Origin: Octopus vulgaris
Taxonomy: Eukaryota
Reading direction: 5' to 3'
Length of the DNA stretch: 64,000 bases
Assembly: GCA_951406725.2 (NCBI GenBank)
Contig: OX597839.1
Location: 8,804,001 to 8,868,000 of the forward strand
A program made the translations under genes and the position numbers. Below are positions 13,170-28,053 of the stretch, piece after piece. A model generated the notes under the pieces. That model saw only the letters and a program-made list of their open reading frames with translations, made no database searches and was not told the DNA's origin. Numbering within the stretch: position 1 is the first letter of the stretch; the number at the start of each line of letters is the position of its first letter.

Positions 13170-13862
13170 ATACAAACATATAAACAGACATTCAGTGGAG
13201 AGAACTGTGGCTTTCATTTTCACATTCATCATATTGTAGTTGTTACTGTTATTGACGCAGTTGTTGTTGCTGCTGCTGCTACTGCCACTGATACTACTGC
13301 AGGTGTTGTTGTTGTTGTTATTAGTGTGGCACTGTTGTGTGCATTTGTAGTCGTCTCCCATTGTTCGCCGCCGCACATCGCAGTGTCTGTTGCAACATTT
13401 ATGACTGCACATGTATTCGTGTATGCGTATGCGTTACACACACGGTTGTGCATTCGGGCAGTGTGCCTGTGTGTGTGTGTGCCTGTGCGTGTGAGGAATA
13501 TTGTGTATGCGCGTGCATGTGCGCACAAGCATGAGCACGAGAAAGCAAGCATGAACGCAGAAGTGCATCTATGCATGCAAACGAGGGGGAGGGGGAGAAA
13601 AAACGCAAGGGGAGGTAAGGAGGGTTAAACAAGTTCTCGCACAGTAAATGGGAGAAGAATGAAATAGGTTAATTAATGGAAATATGCTTGCCGTCAATCA
13701 CGTACAGACATGAATGCATAAACATGCACACATACACACACACACACATAGTGCAACAAAGATAAGTATTTATACACAGCTGCATACATGGATATTAATA
13801 TACACAAATGCACAATGAGTCTGAGAAGTATCAATATCTATATATATATACCTACCTATCTA

Positions 13863-13916
<54 letters not shown>

Positions 13917-13923
13917 TATACAT

Positions 13924-13966
<43 letters not shown>

Positions 13967-13968
<2 letters not shown>

Positions 13969-14389
13969 CGCAGGAGTGGCTGTGTGGTAAGTAGCTTGTT
14001 TACCAACCACATGGTTCCGGGTTCAGTCCCACTGCGTGGCACCTTGGGAAAGTGTTTTCTCCTATAGCTTCAGGTCGACCAAAGCTTTGTGAGTGGATTT
14101 GGTAGACGGAAACTCAAAGAAGCCCGTCGTATATATGTATATATATATGTGTGTGTGTGCGTGTATGTATGTGTGTCTGTGTTTGTCCCCCCAACATTGC
14201 TTGACAACCGATGTTGGTGTGTTTACGTCCCCGTCACTTAGTGGTTCGGCAAAAGAGACCGATAGAATAAGTACTGGGCTTACAAAGAATAAGTCCTGGG
14301 ATCGATTTGCTCGACTAAAGGCGGTGCTCCAGCATGGCCACAGTCACATGACTGAAACAAGTAAAAGAGTAAAAGAGAGTAAAAGAGTA
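13967..14389 (+). mobile_element. SINE family A, full length, adjacent to (TA)n
   Basis: Complete A/B-box head and AGTAAAAG tail. Confidence 0.92.
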
Positions 14390-14989
14390 TAATATATCTA
14401 TAATATGTATATATGTATTATATACATATGTATACATAATATGTATATATATATATATTACAAACATATGTATACATAATATGTATATATATGTATTATA
14501 TACATATGTATATATGTATTATATACATATTATGATATATATAATATGACTATTTGTACACTCACTATATGCACATACAGAAATATATATTAGACACACA
14601 CACACACACATACACACACACACACATATCAGTTGCTTTGTATGTAAAGCAGCATTTAACCACTGAACATCATCACATGGAGCATTAAATGGTACTTTAC
14701 TCAAGGGACACCTGGCAGGTATAATCATCGTTATCATTCACCATCATGGTTTCAACATGCGTTTTTATATGCTGGCATGGCTTGGAGACACACACATGCT
14801 TTAACTGACACACAAACACCTATGTCCAATACACACAAACACACACACAATGGGGAGTTTTCCTTTTAAATATTCATGTCTGTGTATGAGTGTGTATGTG
14901 CCCATCTGCATCAATATTGGTCTATATATGAATTTGTCTGTGTGTTTGCCTATGTAACATATCATGTGTGTGTGTATATATATATATAT

Positions 14990-15180
14990 CATCATCATCA
15001 TCATCATCGATTAACGTCCGTTTTCCATGCTAGCATGGGTTGGACGGTTTAACTGGGGTCTGGGAAACCAGGAGGCTGCGCCAGGCCCAGTCTGATCTGG
15101 CAGTGTTTCTACAGCTGGATGCCCTTCCTAACGCCAACCACTCCGAGAGTGTAGTGGGTGCTTTTTATGTGCCACCTGCA
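14990..15180 (-). mobile_element. Family D repeat with (GAT)n tail
   Basis: (CAT)n followed by CGATTAACGTCCGTTTTCCATGCTAGC... Confidence 0.75.
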
Positions 15181-15211
15181 CGGATATATATATATATATA
15201 TGTGTGTGTGT

Positions 15212-15512
15212 GGAGGCGCAATGGCCCAGTGCTTAGGGCAGCGGACTCGCGGTCGTAGGATCGAGGTTTCGATTCCCAGACTGAGCGTTGTGAGTGTTTA
15301 TTGAGCAAAAACACCTAAAGTTCCACGAGGCTCCTGCAGGGGGTGGTGGCGATCCCTGCTGTACTCTTTCGCCACAACTTTCTCTCACTCTTTCTTCTGT
15401 TGGCCTGCTCACTTAGCCAGCGGGGTGGCGTCATTTGAAGGCTAAAACAATGCGAAGTGCATTGTGACCAGCGATGTGTAGCAACATCTGATAACCTGGT
15501 CAGTCACAGTGA
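15212..15512 (+). mobile_element. tRNA-derived SINE, family C
   Basis: GGAGGCGCAATGGCCCAGTG (A box) ... GGTTTCGATTCCC (B box); matches 6371-6680. Confidence 0.88.
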
Positions 15513-15804
15513 TATATATATATTTATCAAAAGAAAAACAGGATGCAAAGGATTTAGCGGTACATATGTTTCTGGCTTTATTAGACAGTTTATATCAATG
15601 CATAATTTATGTAATATGTATGTCAATAGCCTTCTTCAGCCGCGCACAATGACCACACCAAAGACATGTATTACATTATAAGTTTGGGGAAAAGGCAAGT
15701 TTCGTTGGGGATGCAAATGCTCATAGTCGCATACAGCAGAGCGAGACACCAAAACAAAAACAAAGCGTCCATCACCCTGAAATTTTTGTACCCTATATAT
15801 ATAT

Positions 15805-15835
<31 letters not shown>

Positions 15836-15837
15836 GA

Positions 15838-15992
15838 GATGGCTGTATGGTAAGAAGCTTACTTCCCAAACAAATGGTTCTGGGTTCAGTTCTGCTGTGT
15901 GACACCTTCACCTGGTGTCTTCTACTATAGCCTCAAGCTGACCAAAGCATTGTGAGTGGATTTGATAGATGGAAACTGAAAGAAGCTTGTCA

Positions 15993-16024
<32 letters not shown>

Positions 16025-16800
16025 CTTCCATGTATATGTATATGTCTTCATGTCTGTGGTTGTTCTTCACTAGTATTTGACAACCAGTGTTAGTGTGTTT
16101 ATGTCCACATATCTTAGCAAGCTTAAAAAGGAAATAAGTATTGGGTCAATTCATTGGGATAAAAGTTTTTCATGCTAGCATGGGTTGGACGGTTCAACCA
16201 GGGTCTGGGAAGCCAGAAGGCTGCACCAGGCCCAGTCTGATCTGGCAGTGTTTCTACAGCTGGATGCCCTTCCTAACGCCAACCACTCCGTGAGTGTAGT
16301 GGGTGCTTTTTACGTGCCACCAGCACAGGTACCAGGCGAAGCTGGCAACGGCCACGATCGGATGGTACTTTTTACGTGCTTTTTACAGAAGCCAGGTATG
16401 GTTGTGTGGTAAGAAGCTTGCTTCTCAACCATATGGTTCTGAGTTCAGTCCCACTGTGTGGCACATTGGGCAAGTGTCTTCTATAGCCTCAGGTTGACCA
16501 AAGCCTTGTGAGTAGATCTGGTAGAGAGAAACTGAAAGACGCCTTTCGTATATGTATGTATGTATGTGTCTATGTGTGTGTGTGTGTGTGTTTGTTCCTC
16601 ACCACTGCTTGACAACCCATGCTAGTGTGTTTACATTCCTATAACCTAGCAGTTTGGCAAAAGAAACTGATAGAATAAGCAGCAGGGTTAAAAACAAAAA
16701 ATAAGTACTGTGGTCGATTCATTTAACTAAAAGTTCTTCAAAACAGTGCTCCAGCATGGCCTACAGTCTAATGACTGAAAGAAGTAAAAAAAATAAAAGA
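15838..16800. mobile_element. Cluster: diverged SINE A (15838-16160), family D (16168-16382), diverged SINE A (16395-16800)
   Basis: Similarity to the other copies in the window. Confidence 0.75.
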
Positions 16801-17197
16801 TATATCATATGGATGAATGTATGTAGGTATGTATGTATGTACACACGTACATACGCATGTATATGTATAGATGTTACTAAAGTGAAAAAGGGTACCCTTC
16901 AGACCAGCATTGCTAGAAACAAGAGTCAAAACAACTCTTAGCCATGAGAAAGCAGTTATACTTTTTGCCTTTCAGTTGTAAATTGCAAATAAGCCACCTT
17001 TATTATTTATGTGTATATGTGTGCATGTGTGTGTAGTGGGTGGGTATTTGGATGGATGGATGGATGGATGGATTTTAACTATGTCAATTGCTTTTTACAA
17101 CTGAAACTTATTAGAAGAGCAGATTGACAACAAACAAGACAAACAGTCGCGCATGCATACAGACTGACAGAGAAGTTGATAGATAAATAGACAGATA

Positions 17198-17359
17198 GAC
17201 GCAGGAGTGACTGAGTGGTAAGTAGCTTGCTAACCAACCTCATGGTGCCGGGTTCAGTCCCACTGCGTGGCATCTTGGGCAAGTGTCTTCTGCTATAGCC
17301 CCGGGCCGACCAATGCCTTGTGAGTGGATTTGGTAGACGGAAACTGAAAGAAGCCTGTC

Positions 17360-17403
<44 letters not shown>

Positions 17404-17614
17404 TTGTGTGTCTGTGTTTGTCCCCCTAGCATCGCTTGACAACCAATGCTGGTGTGTTTACGTCCCCGTCACTTAGCGGTTCGGCAAAAAGAGATCGATA
17501 GAATAAGTACTGGGCTTACAAAGAATAAGTCCCGGGGTCGATTTGCTCGACTAAAGGCAGTGCTCCAGCATGGCCGCAGTCAAATGACTGAAACAAGTAA
17601 AAGAGTAAAAGAGT
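17198..17614 (+). mobile_element. SINE family A, full length
   Basis: Near identical to 10033-10438. Confidence 0.92.
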
Positions 17615-18069
17615 ATAGGTAGGAAAGAGAGAGAGAGAGAAAGAGGGGAAACACTAAGGGAAACAAAACAGTAATAAAACTGACATAATAAAAACAAATA
17701 GAGGAAGTGTAGGGAGTAAGTTCGGGGAAGCCCCAACTGGAGCTCTATGACAAAACCCATAGAAGGCCAGAAGGGTTTTCTTAATAAATAGATATGTAAC
17801 TCTGAAAGAGAAAGAGGGAAGGGTTAGTTAGTGGGTGAGATTAGGTCTGTCCCAATCCAAGCAAGGATGGCTGGATTAGAGAAATTAAATAAATTCATTG
17901 CGCTGGTTGTCAGCAAGGTTGATAGTGGTAACGGTGTTGATGGGTGGGGGGTGGGGGTGAAATAGGAGGGTGGTGGTTGGAGGGGAAATTTGAATAGAGA
18001 TGTGTGGGTGCACGAGATATACAAGAGCTTGCATGAGTTTCAATCACACTGTACCAACCCCTGATAGCT

Positions 18070-19270
<1,201 letters not shown>

Positions 19271-19978
19271 TGGATATTCACAGATCCATGATGTAGATAG
19301 GTAGAAATAGTTTGTTTATTTTTTAATTAAGTAATCCGATGTGTATAGCACAGGGAAACAAATAATGGAATACACATCAAAAACAATAGGAAAAGCACAA
19401 GTGTAAATTAAAAAAAAAATATACTGCCCCCTTTCCCCCATCCCTCATTGCCACTAACACCCACATCATGACCCCCCACCCCCATCATGACCACCACTAC
19501 CTACTGTCCCTTAAAAAACGTAATAAACATGTCATGAAAGATTTTCTTCCCGAAAGAATGCGAAATCCTTCATCCCCGCCCCCAACACTAACTTCCTTCA
19601 GATTTCCTCTTTTTTTTTTCTGGTTTAATTTTTTTTCTCTTTGCAGGAAAGATGGGGGTGGGTGCTATTCTATACTTTACTCACTGTTATTGTTATTGCT
19701 ATTTAACCCCAGGTCAGTTCTGATCATGCAAGCTACGATCAAAAGCATTCCAGCTATGACAATCCTGTTCTTTATTCAATAGGCAGGAAAAACAACATTA
19801 TCCAATATGTTTTTTTCCAAAGACTGAAGTCAACGCAGATTTTATTGCTATTTCTAGCAAGTCAAGTAACTACAAATAGAGCCCTTCATTGGCCAGATAC
19901 TTTCCTTTAAGTTTGCATTACAAACATCTGCTGCTTTAGGTTCAATCGTATATTTAAAGAGGGCACCCACATGGTATT

Positions 19979-20205
19979 AGGCGGCAAGCTGGCAGAAATG
20001 TTAGCATGCGGGTGAAATGCTTATTTCGTCTGCCGCGACGTTCTGAGTTCAAATTCCGCCGAGGTCGGCTTTGCCTTTCATCCTTTCGGGGTTGATAAAT
20101 TAAGTACCAGTTACGCACTGTGGTCGATGTAATCGACTTAATCCATTTGTCTGTCCTTGTTTGTCCTCTCTGTGTTTAGCCCCTTGTGGGTAGTAAAGAA
20201 ATAGG
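19979..20205 (+). mobile_element. SINE family B
   Basis: Homologous to 7236-7465; GGTATTAGGC occurs at both ends (19973-19982 and 20204-20213), consistent with a TSD. Confidence 0.88.
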
Positions 20206-20329
20206 TATTAGGCTTGAAGTGAGTACACTGAATAAAGACTAAATCCCTACTTTCTTTCCACAATTTTGCAAATTGCCCCTCCCACCCACTCATCTTAAAA
20301 GATCCCTGGGGCACTTCACTGTATGCACT

Positions 20330-20838
20330 TCTCTGTAACTTGGGAATATGTCCATCCTGTCATATCTTTGTAACTTGAGAGTAAATCCATCCTGTCATGT
20401 CTTTATAATCTGGGAGTACGTCCATCCCGTCATATCTTTGTAACTCAAGAGTATGTCCATCATGTCATGTCTTTGTAACTTGAGAGTAAATCCATTCTGT
20501 CATGTCTTTGTAATCTGGGAGTACGTCCATCCCGTCATATCTTTGTAACTCAAGAGTATGTCCATCCTGTCATGTCCTTGTAACTTGGGAGTATGTCCAT
20601 CCTGTCATGCCTTTATAACTCAAGAGTATGTCCATCCCATATCTTTGTAACTTGGAAGAATGTCTATCCCATCATATTTTTGTAACTTGGGAGTGTGACC
20701 ATCCTGTCATGTCTTTGTGACTTAGGAGTACATCTGTTTCATCATGTCTTTGTGACTTGGAAGTACGTCCATCGCATCATGTCTTTGTAACTTGAGAATG
20801 TGTCCGTCCCATCATGTCTTTCTAACTTAGAAGTATGT
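20330..20838 (+). repeat. 35-bp minisatellite, about 14 copies, with a 105-bp higher-order duplication
   Basis: Consensus about TGTAACTTGGGAGTATGTCCATCCTGTCATGTCTT; period 35 (20334, 20369, ...). Confidence 0.92.
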
Positions 20839-21804
20839 TGGTCCGATCATCTACATTCTACATAAATACACCTATAGACATGTGTGTATGTGTGTATGAG
20901 AAAGAGAGAAAGTGAGAGAGAGGGGGGGACAGAAACTGCCTACTAAAAGTGATAACCAAGACTGAGAAATGAGACCAATTTTAAACTGTAGCAAAACAGA
21001 TGAGTTGCATGCAGAGGGGTGGAGAGATGAATATGTTTTCTTGATAGTAATGTTGGCCCAGGGGTGGGGGGGGACAACACCCATGCTGGGAATGACGGCG
21101 TGGTGACATACTTCCATTCATTTAAAGGATTAAATTTGGGTGTGGGGAAGGTTTTGGATTCAAGTGGGAAGTGAAGGACTCTATGAAGAATAATGGGTGA
21201 TGGTGGTGGTGGTGGTGGGGTGGGCACCACTGCTACTTCTGGTTATCTCACAAAGCTATTGATTTCATCATATCATTTTTGACAAAATGGGACCCCCCCA
21301 CCCCGCCGTACCTCTACCACCACTACACCCTAACCGCTCACCTAATCATCCACTCACCCACTTGCACCCCACCAATGTCACATCACTGACCCAAACATTG
21401 TTAGAGCTGTCACTTAAGGAGGGTGGTCATAGTTGGAAGGGTGAGAGGGAGATGCATGGAAGGAGTGGTGGTGAGGGCAGTTAGGAAAGAGAGTCTGGGG
21501 GGGTGCTGAAAGTGGGAGTTAGATTGAGGAGAGTATATCAGTGGCCAGCAGCCAGTCACACTTGAAGATGGGGGGAGGAGGAGGAAGAGGAGGAGGGGAG
21601 GAGGAGGAAAGGTGGTAAGAGGGAGAGGAGGTGGTAGTGATGAGGGAGAGGTGGTGGTGGTGGCGGGGGGGGAAGGAGAAAAAGGAGAAAAAAGAACATG
21701 GAAAAGACCAAGAAAAAAGAGAGGGATGAGTAGGAAGAGGATGGAGACAGGGATGATTTAGAAAAGACAAAAGGAGTTTTCACAGATGGTGACAATCTGT
21801 GATT

Positions 21805-21846
<42 letters not shown>

Positions 21847-22399
21847 ATGAGACAGAATGATGGAGTTAGGGTAAGTGATCTACAATGACTACAGAGAGTG
21901 ACTAATTGTGGGTCATTGCCGTCTAGACAGAACGCTAGCTGCACATTTTCAGCAACCAGCTGTACAGTGCATACAAATGCACATGGATGCACTCTTTCAA
22001 ATGCATCCTGTCTCACTTTCAACCATGGTGTATTCCAGTATTCAACCACTTGGACAGCATACTCATATTATTATTATAATGTGGCTGAGTATTCCACAGA
22101 TATGTGTCCACTTGAGGTAACGCCCAAGTGAAAACAATGTGGAATAATAAATATGACATGGGCGAACTTTTGAATTACAGGTGCCGTCCACTTAACAGGT
22201 TTCATTTAATCTTTTCCTTCTCCTTTCATCTTAAATGAAGAACTAGTCCCTGCCAAGTGCTGCCAAGCCCTGCCAGGCCCTGCTGGCATCTGTCACACCC
22301 TGCTAGGGCCTGCCAGGTCCTTCCAGTCCCTGCTCTACCCTCACAGGGCCTATACAATATGTTAGAGTATACTTCTGCTCCTTACAAACACATGCTTTT

Positions 22400-22803
22400 T
22401 TTTTACTCTTTTTTACTTGTTTTAGTCATTTGACTGTGGCCATGCTGGAGCACCGCCTTTAGTCGATCAAATCAACCCCAGGACTTATTCTTTGTAAGCC
22501 TCGTACTTATTCTATCGGTCTCTTTTGCCAAACCGCTAAGTTACAGGGACATAAACACACCAGCATCGGTTGTCAAGCGATGTTGAGGGGACAAATACAG
22601 ACACACAAACATATACACACATATATATATACATATATACGACGGGCTTCTTTGAGTTTCCGTCTACCAAATCCACTCACAAGGCTTTGGTCGGCCCGAG
22701 GCTATAGTAGAAGGCACTTGCCCAAGGTGCCAGGCAGTTTGACTGAACCCGGAACCATGTGGTTGGTAAGCAAGCTACTTACCACACAGCCACTTCTATG
22801 CCT
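22400..22803 (-). mobile_element. SINE family A, full length
   Basis: Reverse-complement match to family A. Confidence 0.9.
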
Positions 22804-22899
22804 ATGTTCAACTTTGTGAAGAATATGGCATGGAATTTTGAAATTTGTAGTGAACCTATTCTTTGAATGAACTTTGCAGACCAACTTGTAGGATTTTAG

Positions 22900-23370
22900 G
22901 TGTTGGAAACCAATTAGCACTTTCAGATTTTGGTATAAGAATTAGAAAGAGAAAAAAAAGAAAAAGAAAACTTGTAAGTTTTTGGGGTAAGAATCCAAGA
23001 AACACTTTCAGATTTATTATCTCAGAAACTAAAAAAAAAAACTTTTAGAGTTTTGTGTTTTGAGAAACCAAGAAATTTTGTTTAAAAACTTCCAAGTTTG
23101 GCATCTTAGTGACAAGGAATTTTAAAGTCTTGTGTCTAAGAAGCTGAGAAGAATTGTTTTAACTTCCAACTTTTCACCAAAGAAACTATGGAAAAATTTT
23201 TTTTAAGAAACCAAAGAAATTCTTTTAAAAATTCAAACTTTAGGTCTTAGTAACCAAGATCTTAAGATTTGTGGCTGAGTAACCAAGAAGAATTTTATAA
23301 AAACTTTCAAATTTTAGTCATAGAAACAAAGAGAAATTAAAAGAACTTCCTAAGTTTTGAGTTTAATGAA
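22900..23370. repeat. Degenerate AT-rich tandem repeat
   Basis: Recurrent AGAAACCAAGA...TTTTAAAAACTT...AAGTTT motifs every 40-50 bp or so. Confidence 0.5.
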
Positions 23371-23643
23371 AAAAAATACAGCTTTTAAGTGATTTTTTTT
23401 TTGTTTTATTTGTTTCGTGGGCAATTTTTTTCTCTTCTTGAGAAACAACAAGAGGAAGAAGTGTTTTCTTGCAATGACAAAAACCTTTTTAAGCTGAATC
23501 ATTTGTCTGGTGAGAAGAGACGGGGATGAAATTAAGGGCTATAATCGAGAAGAAAAAAAAAAGAACAAGAATTGCATTTTGTCCGACTGTGAAAGTGAGG
23601 GTGAGGGTTATTGCTTTTGTTATTACAAATATCCTCATCGTTG

Positions 23644-23683
<40 letters not shown>

Positions 23684-24141
23684 TAGTATTTTCTTTTTTT
23701 AATTTTTGTCCATCGCAGTCACAACGACCATCCACTACTGTCTGCAGTATCACAATCAATCACTACCACCGCCCCTCACAATAAAGAAGATGAAGACAAA
23801 TGAAATTGAGAGGGTCATAATAATAATAATAATGAGGAGGAGGAGGAGGATAATAATAATAATAAACTTGACAGAGGAGTATAAGAAAGCAAAAAAGAAT
23901 TTTTTTTTTAAAAAAGGGCCAAAAATGCAAAAGAAATGCACAAGCTAATTGCTTTTACTTGGCCCCCACAATCCACTGCCAATCACATCAATTAACTTTT
24001 GTAGATGGATGATTGATCGATACAGGATATGGACTGGTCAGGGAGAATTCAAAAGGTGACAGTGTAAGGGAATACAAACATGTGTATATGTAATTTATAT
24101 GTGGTGTGTGTATGTGTGTGTGCATACACACACACACACAC

Positions 24142-24407
<266 letters not shown>

Positions 24408-24884
24408 TACATAAATATATATGCACACATATACATATGCACACATACATCTATATATGCATAAATATATGACATACATGTATGTGTATGTACACATGTA
24501 TACATGCATTTATAGATATACATATGCACACACGTGTATGCACCTACGCATACATATTCACTAACACATAGACAAAGAGTAAGTGGGAGAGAGAGAGAGA
24601 AAAAAATTTTTTTTTTTTTTAAAGGGCTGATACCCGGTTAACATTCACAGACACCAAAAAAACCCACAATCTTACGTTAACACAAAAACGGGAAAAAAAT
24701 GCGAACACATGCTCACGTGCACGCACGTGCACATATAGGCGCACATGTGCACACATGCATCCTGGCAGTAGCAGCATAATCAAAATTATCAACACACCCA
24801 ATTCTAAGCACAACCAACACACATTAAATATAAAACAACTACAAACCACCACCACCACCACCGCCATCACCGCCATCACCACCA

Positions 24885-24916
<32 letters not shown>

Positions 24917-25009
24917 TTATAATGAGAGATAGAGTGTTGGGGAGAGAGGGAGACTACACGGCAGTGTTACAGATGTAGAGAAGAAAAATAAGCATGTTTG
25001 TGTGCTTGT

Positions 25010-25040
<31 letters not shown>

Positions 25041-25352
25041 GAAGAGAAAGAGAGAGAGGAAGAGAGAGAGAGAGATTGAGTCTGAAAAGTTGTTATGTGT
25101 GGACAGAAGCAAAGAAGAACAAAAAACAAACATATTTCACAGTTGAATTCACAGGGGATCGTTTTGGAGATAGAAATTGTTCACTTAATTTTATTCGAGT
25201 CTTTCACAAATTCTTTTTATTTCAGATTTTTTCTTTCTTTTTTTTTTAATTAATTTTCTTACTTTTTGTAATTGTTCTCAAAGCTCCAGGAAAGTTGACT
25301 AAATTTCTAAAGTTCTGTTGGCGAAAAACGATGGAGAAATGATAAAAAATAC

Positions 25353-25741
25353 GGTAAGTAGCTTGCTTACCAACCACATGGTTCCGGGTTCAGTCCCACT
25401 GCATGGCACCTTGGGCAAGTGCTTTCTACTATAGCCTCGGGCCGACCAAAGCCTTGTGAGTGGATTTGGTAGATGGAAACTGAAAGAAGCCCGTCGTATA
25501 TATGTATATATATATGTGTATGTGTATATGTTTGTGTGTCTGTGTTTGTCCCCCCAACATCACTTGACAACCGATGCTGGTGTGTTTACGTCCCTGTAAC
25601 TTAGCAGTTCGGCAAAAGAGACCGATAGAATAAGTACTAGGCTTACAAAGAATAAGTCCTGGGGTCGATTTACTCAACTAAAAGGTGGTGCTCCAGCATG
25701 GCCACAGTCAAATGACTGAAACAAGTAAAAGAGTAAAAGAG
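25353..25741 (+). mobile_element. SINE family A, slightly 5'-truncated
   Basis: Starts at GGTAAGTAGCTTGC; complete body and tail. Confidence 0.9.
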
Positions 25742-26101
25742 ACAGATAACAAAACAAAAAAAAAATAGATGCCAGATATGACCACCACTCATAGCAAAAT
25801 AGTTATCATTGACCAACGTAGTAGGTTTCGATGCAATTCATTTGGCTAAGCTCGGGGGAGTTAGTCTGGAAGTTGGTGGGACAAAGGGAAAGAATCAGTC
25901 CATTTTACAATGGAGCTGCAGCCCTGAGTCAAGAAAAGACCAAGTACCCGGTACCAGGATTGTTGTCAGGTGTTCACTGACCTCCACCTGATGAGCAATA
26001 TAGTCAGTGAACGACCCACATTATCAATACGCAGATGACGAGCAGTGAGTAAGAGTAATGATGCTCTTAGGGAAACTTGAAAAGGGGTGAACTACCTAGT
26101 C

Positions 26102-26317
26102 CAGGGGTGGGCAAACTACGGCCCGCGGGCCGCATGCGGCCCGCCATAGGTTTTCATGCGGCCCGCCGAGAGCTTTTATGAATCCCAACTTCTATGCAGA
26201 TACTTCGTAACTGTACGGTAATTCACAATATTTTCACTTGATTTTTATAAATGAGGCCCGCCAAGGTTCCAAAGACGCACTGTGCGGCCCGCGATCAAAA
26301 ATGTTTGCCCACCCCTG
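26102..26317. mobile_element. hAT (Buster/Charlie-type) MITE, 216 bp
   Basis: 15-bp TIRs CAGGGGTGGGCAAAC/GTTTGCCCACCCCTG; perfect 8-bp TSD ACCTAGTC (26094-26101, 26318-26325) fitting nnnTAnnn; subterminal GCGGCCCG repeats. Confidence 0.95.
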
Positions 26318-26559
26318 ACCTAGTCTGTTATTTGAGAGGACTTTCATCAGGCTGGCAACTATTATGGATCCCTGACCTGGCAGCGCTACTAAATGACTGT
26401 ATTGGTTTGAGGTAAACTCTACAAGTACAGAAGTGCCACCAGGTTGGATTGACTGCAATGCATGTGAAACAAAGAAATCATACTGTGTGCACTTGTGCTT
26501 CCACTGAGCATTGTTGACTTGTGAAGTTATATTGAACAGCTGCTGTCATGTAGAGAGTG

Positions 26560-26705
26560 GGTCTAACTGAGGGCCAAGTCCATCATGGGGATTGCCTGAC
26601 CATATGCCTTTAAGAGAGTGGAGAAGATGGTGTTGCTCTGCAGAGTATAGACCTGGACCATCCTCAAACAGAACCTGAACAAGCTCAAGGCATTCCAAAG
26701 GCATA
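26560..26705 (+). pseudogene. Degraded RTE-clade LINE ORF fragment
   Basis: 26654-26701 translates to WTILKQNLNKLKAFQR, resembling the RTE post-RT motif (ETWTL...KL.AFE); the 5' extent is uncertain. Confidence 0.5.
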
Positions 26706-26748
26706 AACCTTCTTCCATGAAACCTTCTTCCATGAAAAGATAGCTTAA

Positions 26749-26971
26749 CCCTTTAGTGTTCGCATTATTCTACCAAAATTAATGTTTTTTTTTATCCACG
26801 TTGCCTTGAACTAATCAGGCATTATCTTGTAGCTTTGAGATTTTGATAAGGTAGCTGTTCATTTTTAAAACGATATTGTAGGGTTGGTGTGAGAGACCAG
26901 ATCTGGCCAGTTTGAACATAGAACAGGCAGAATACTTTTGGCCGGATATGGCCGGTTTAAATGCTAAAGGG
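26749..26971. mobile_element. piggyBac-like MITE, family F (223 bp)
   Basis: TTAA on both sides, TIR CCCTTTAG/CTAAAGGG; further copies at 46475-46695 and 61673-61893. Confidence 0.88.
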
Positions 26972-27115
26972 TTAAACTGTGCTCTAAATGGAGGTGTAGT
27001 CAAATCCTATTTTATGGACTCAACCATGTTCTAAAATAAGTCGGAAGGTAAGCTACTATAAATTGGCACAACCTTTCCAGACAACCCAATATTTTTTTTT
27101 ACTAAATGTAACTAG

Positions 27116-27502
27116 TCGCAGGAGTGGCTGTGTGGTAAGTAGCTTGCTAACGAACCACATGGTGCCGGGTTCAGTCCCACTGCGTGGCACCTTGGGCAAG
27201 TGTCTTCTGCTATAGCCCCGAGCCGACCAATGCCTTGTGAGTGGATTTGGTAGACGGAAACTGAAAGAAGCCTGTCGTATATATGTATGTGTGTGTCTGT
27301 GTTTGTCCCCCTAGCATTGCTTGACAACCAATGCTGGTGTGTTTACATCCCCGTAACTTAGCGATTCGGCAAAAGAGACCGACAGAATAAGTACTGGGCT
27401 TACAAAGAATAAGTCCCGGGGGTCGATTTGCTCGACTAAAGGCAGTGCTCCAGCATGGCCGCAGTCAAATGACTGAAACAAGTAAAAGAGCAAAGAGTAA
27501 AA
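27116..27502 (+). mobile_element. SINE family A, full length
   Basis: Complete head, body and tail. Confidence 0.9.
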
Positions 27503-27904
27503 GATGTCCGTGAACCTTTTGATACCACCTCGTATGCGTATTCTTGTGCTGAGTGTTTTGCTTTGTCTGTACACACATCCACATAACCAAACATATGTAT
27601 CCTCAAACAATCACGCGCAAACACATGAATTTGTGTACACACAAACATGAACACATACAACAAATTTTATCACACCTACACACATAGATGCATTCATACG
27701 CACACACACACTTCACTTCTGCTTTTGATAAAACCAGTTCCCACTCTGTTACTAATATCAATAATGTTGTTTCTGTATGAATTACCCCACAACACATTTA
27801 CATTGTACAGATACAACAAAACAATAACAAGTACAAAAGTGTATTACAACAACACCAACTGCAACAACAACAAATGCCTCTACTGTGTACAGTAAGACTA
27901 GAAA

Positions 27905-27928
27905 CAATAACTACAGTAACTGCTGCTG

Positions 27929-27959
<31 letters not shown>

Positions 27960-28020
27960 CACTACCACTAGTACTACTGCTGCTGCTGCTACTACTACTA
28001 CTACTACCACTACTACTACC

Positions 28021-28053
<33 letters not shown>

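Noticed and set aside
20330-20838. CRISPR-like 35-bp periodicity
   Set aside because: Units are contiguous with no unique spacers, there are no cas genes, and the context is eukaryotic.
25988-26015. CTGATGA...GAA motif
   Set aside because: No stem II and no GAAA.
27507-27535. Mariner-like TIR (reverse complement TACGAGGTGGTATCAAAAGGTTCACGGAC)
   Set aside because: Single 29-bp end with no partner TIR or transposase sequence in view.
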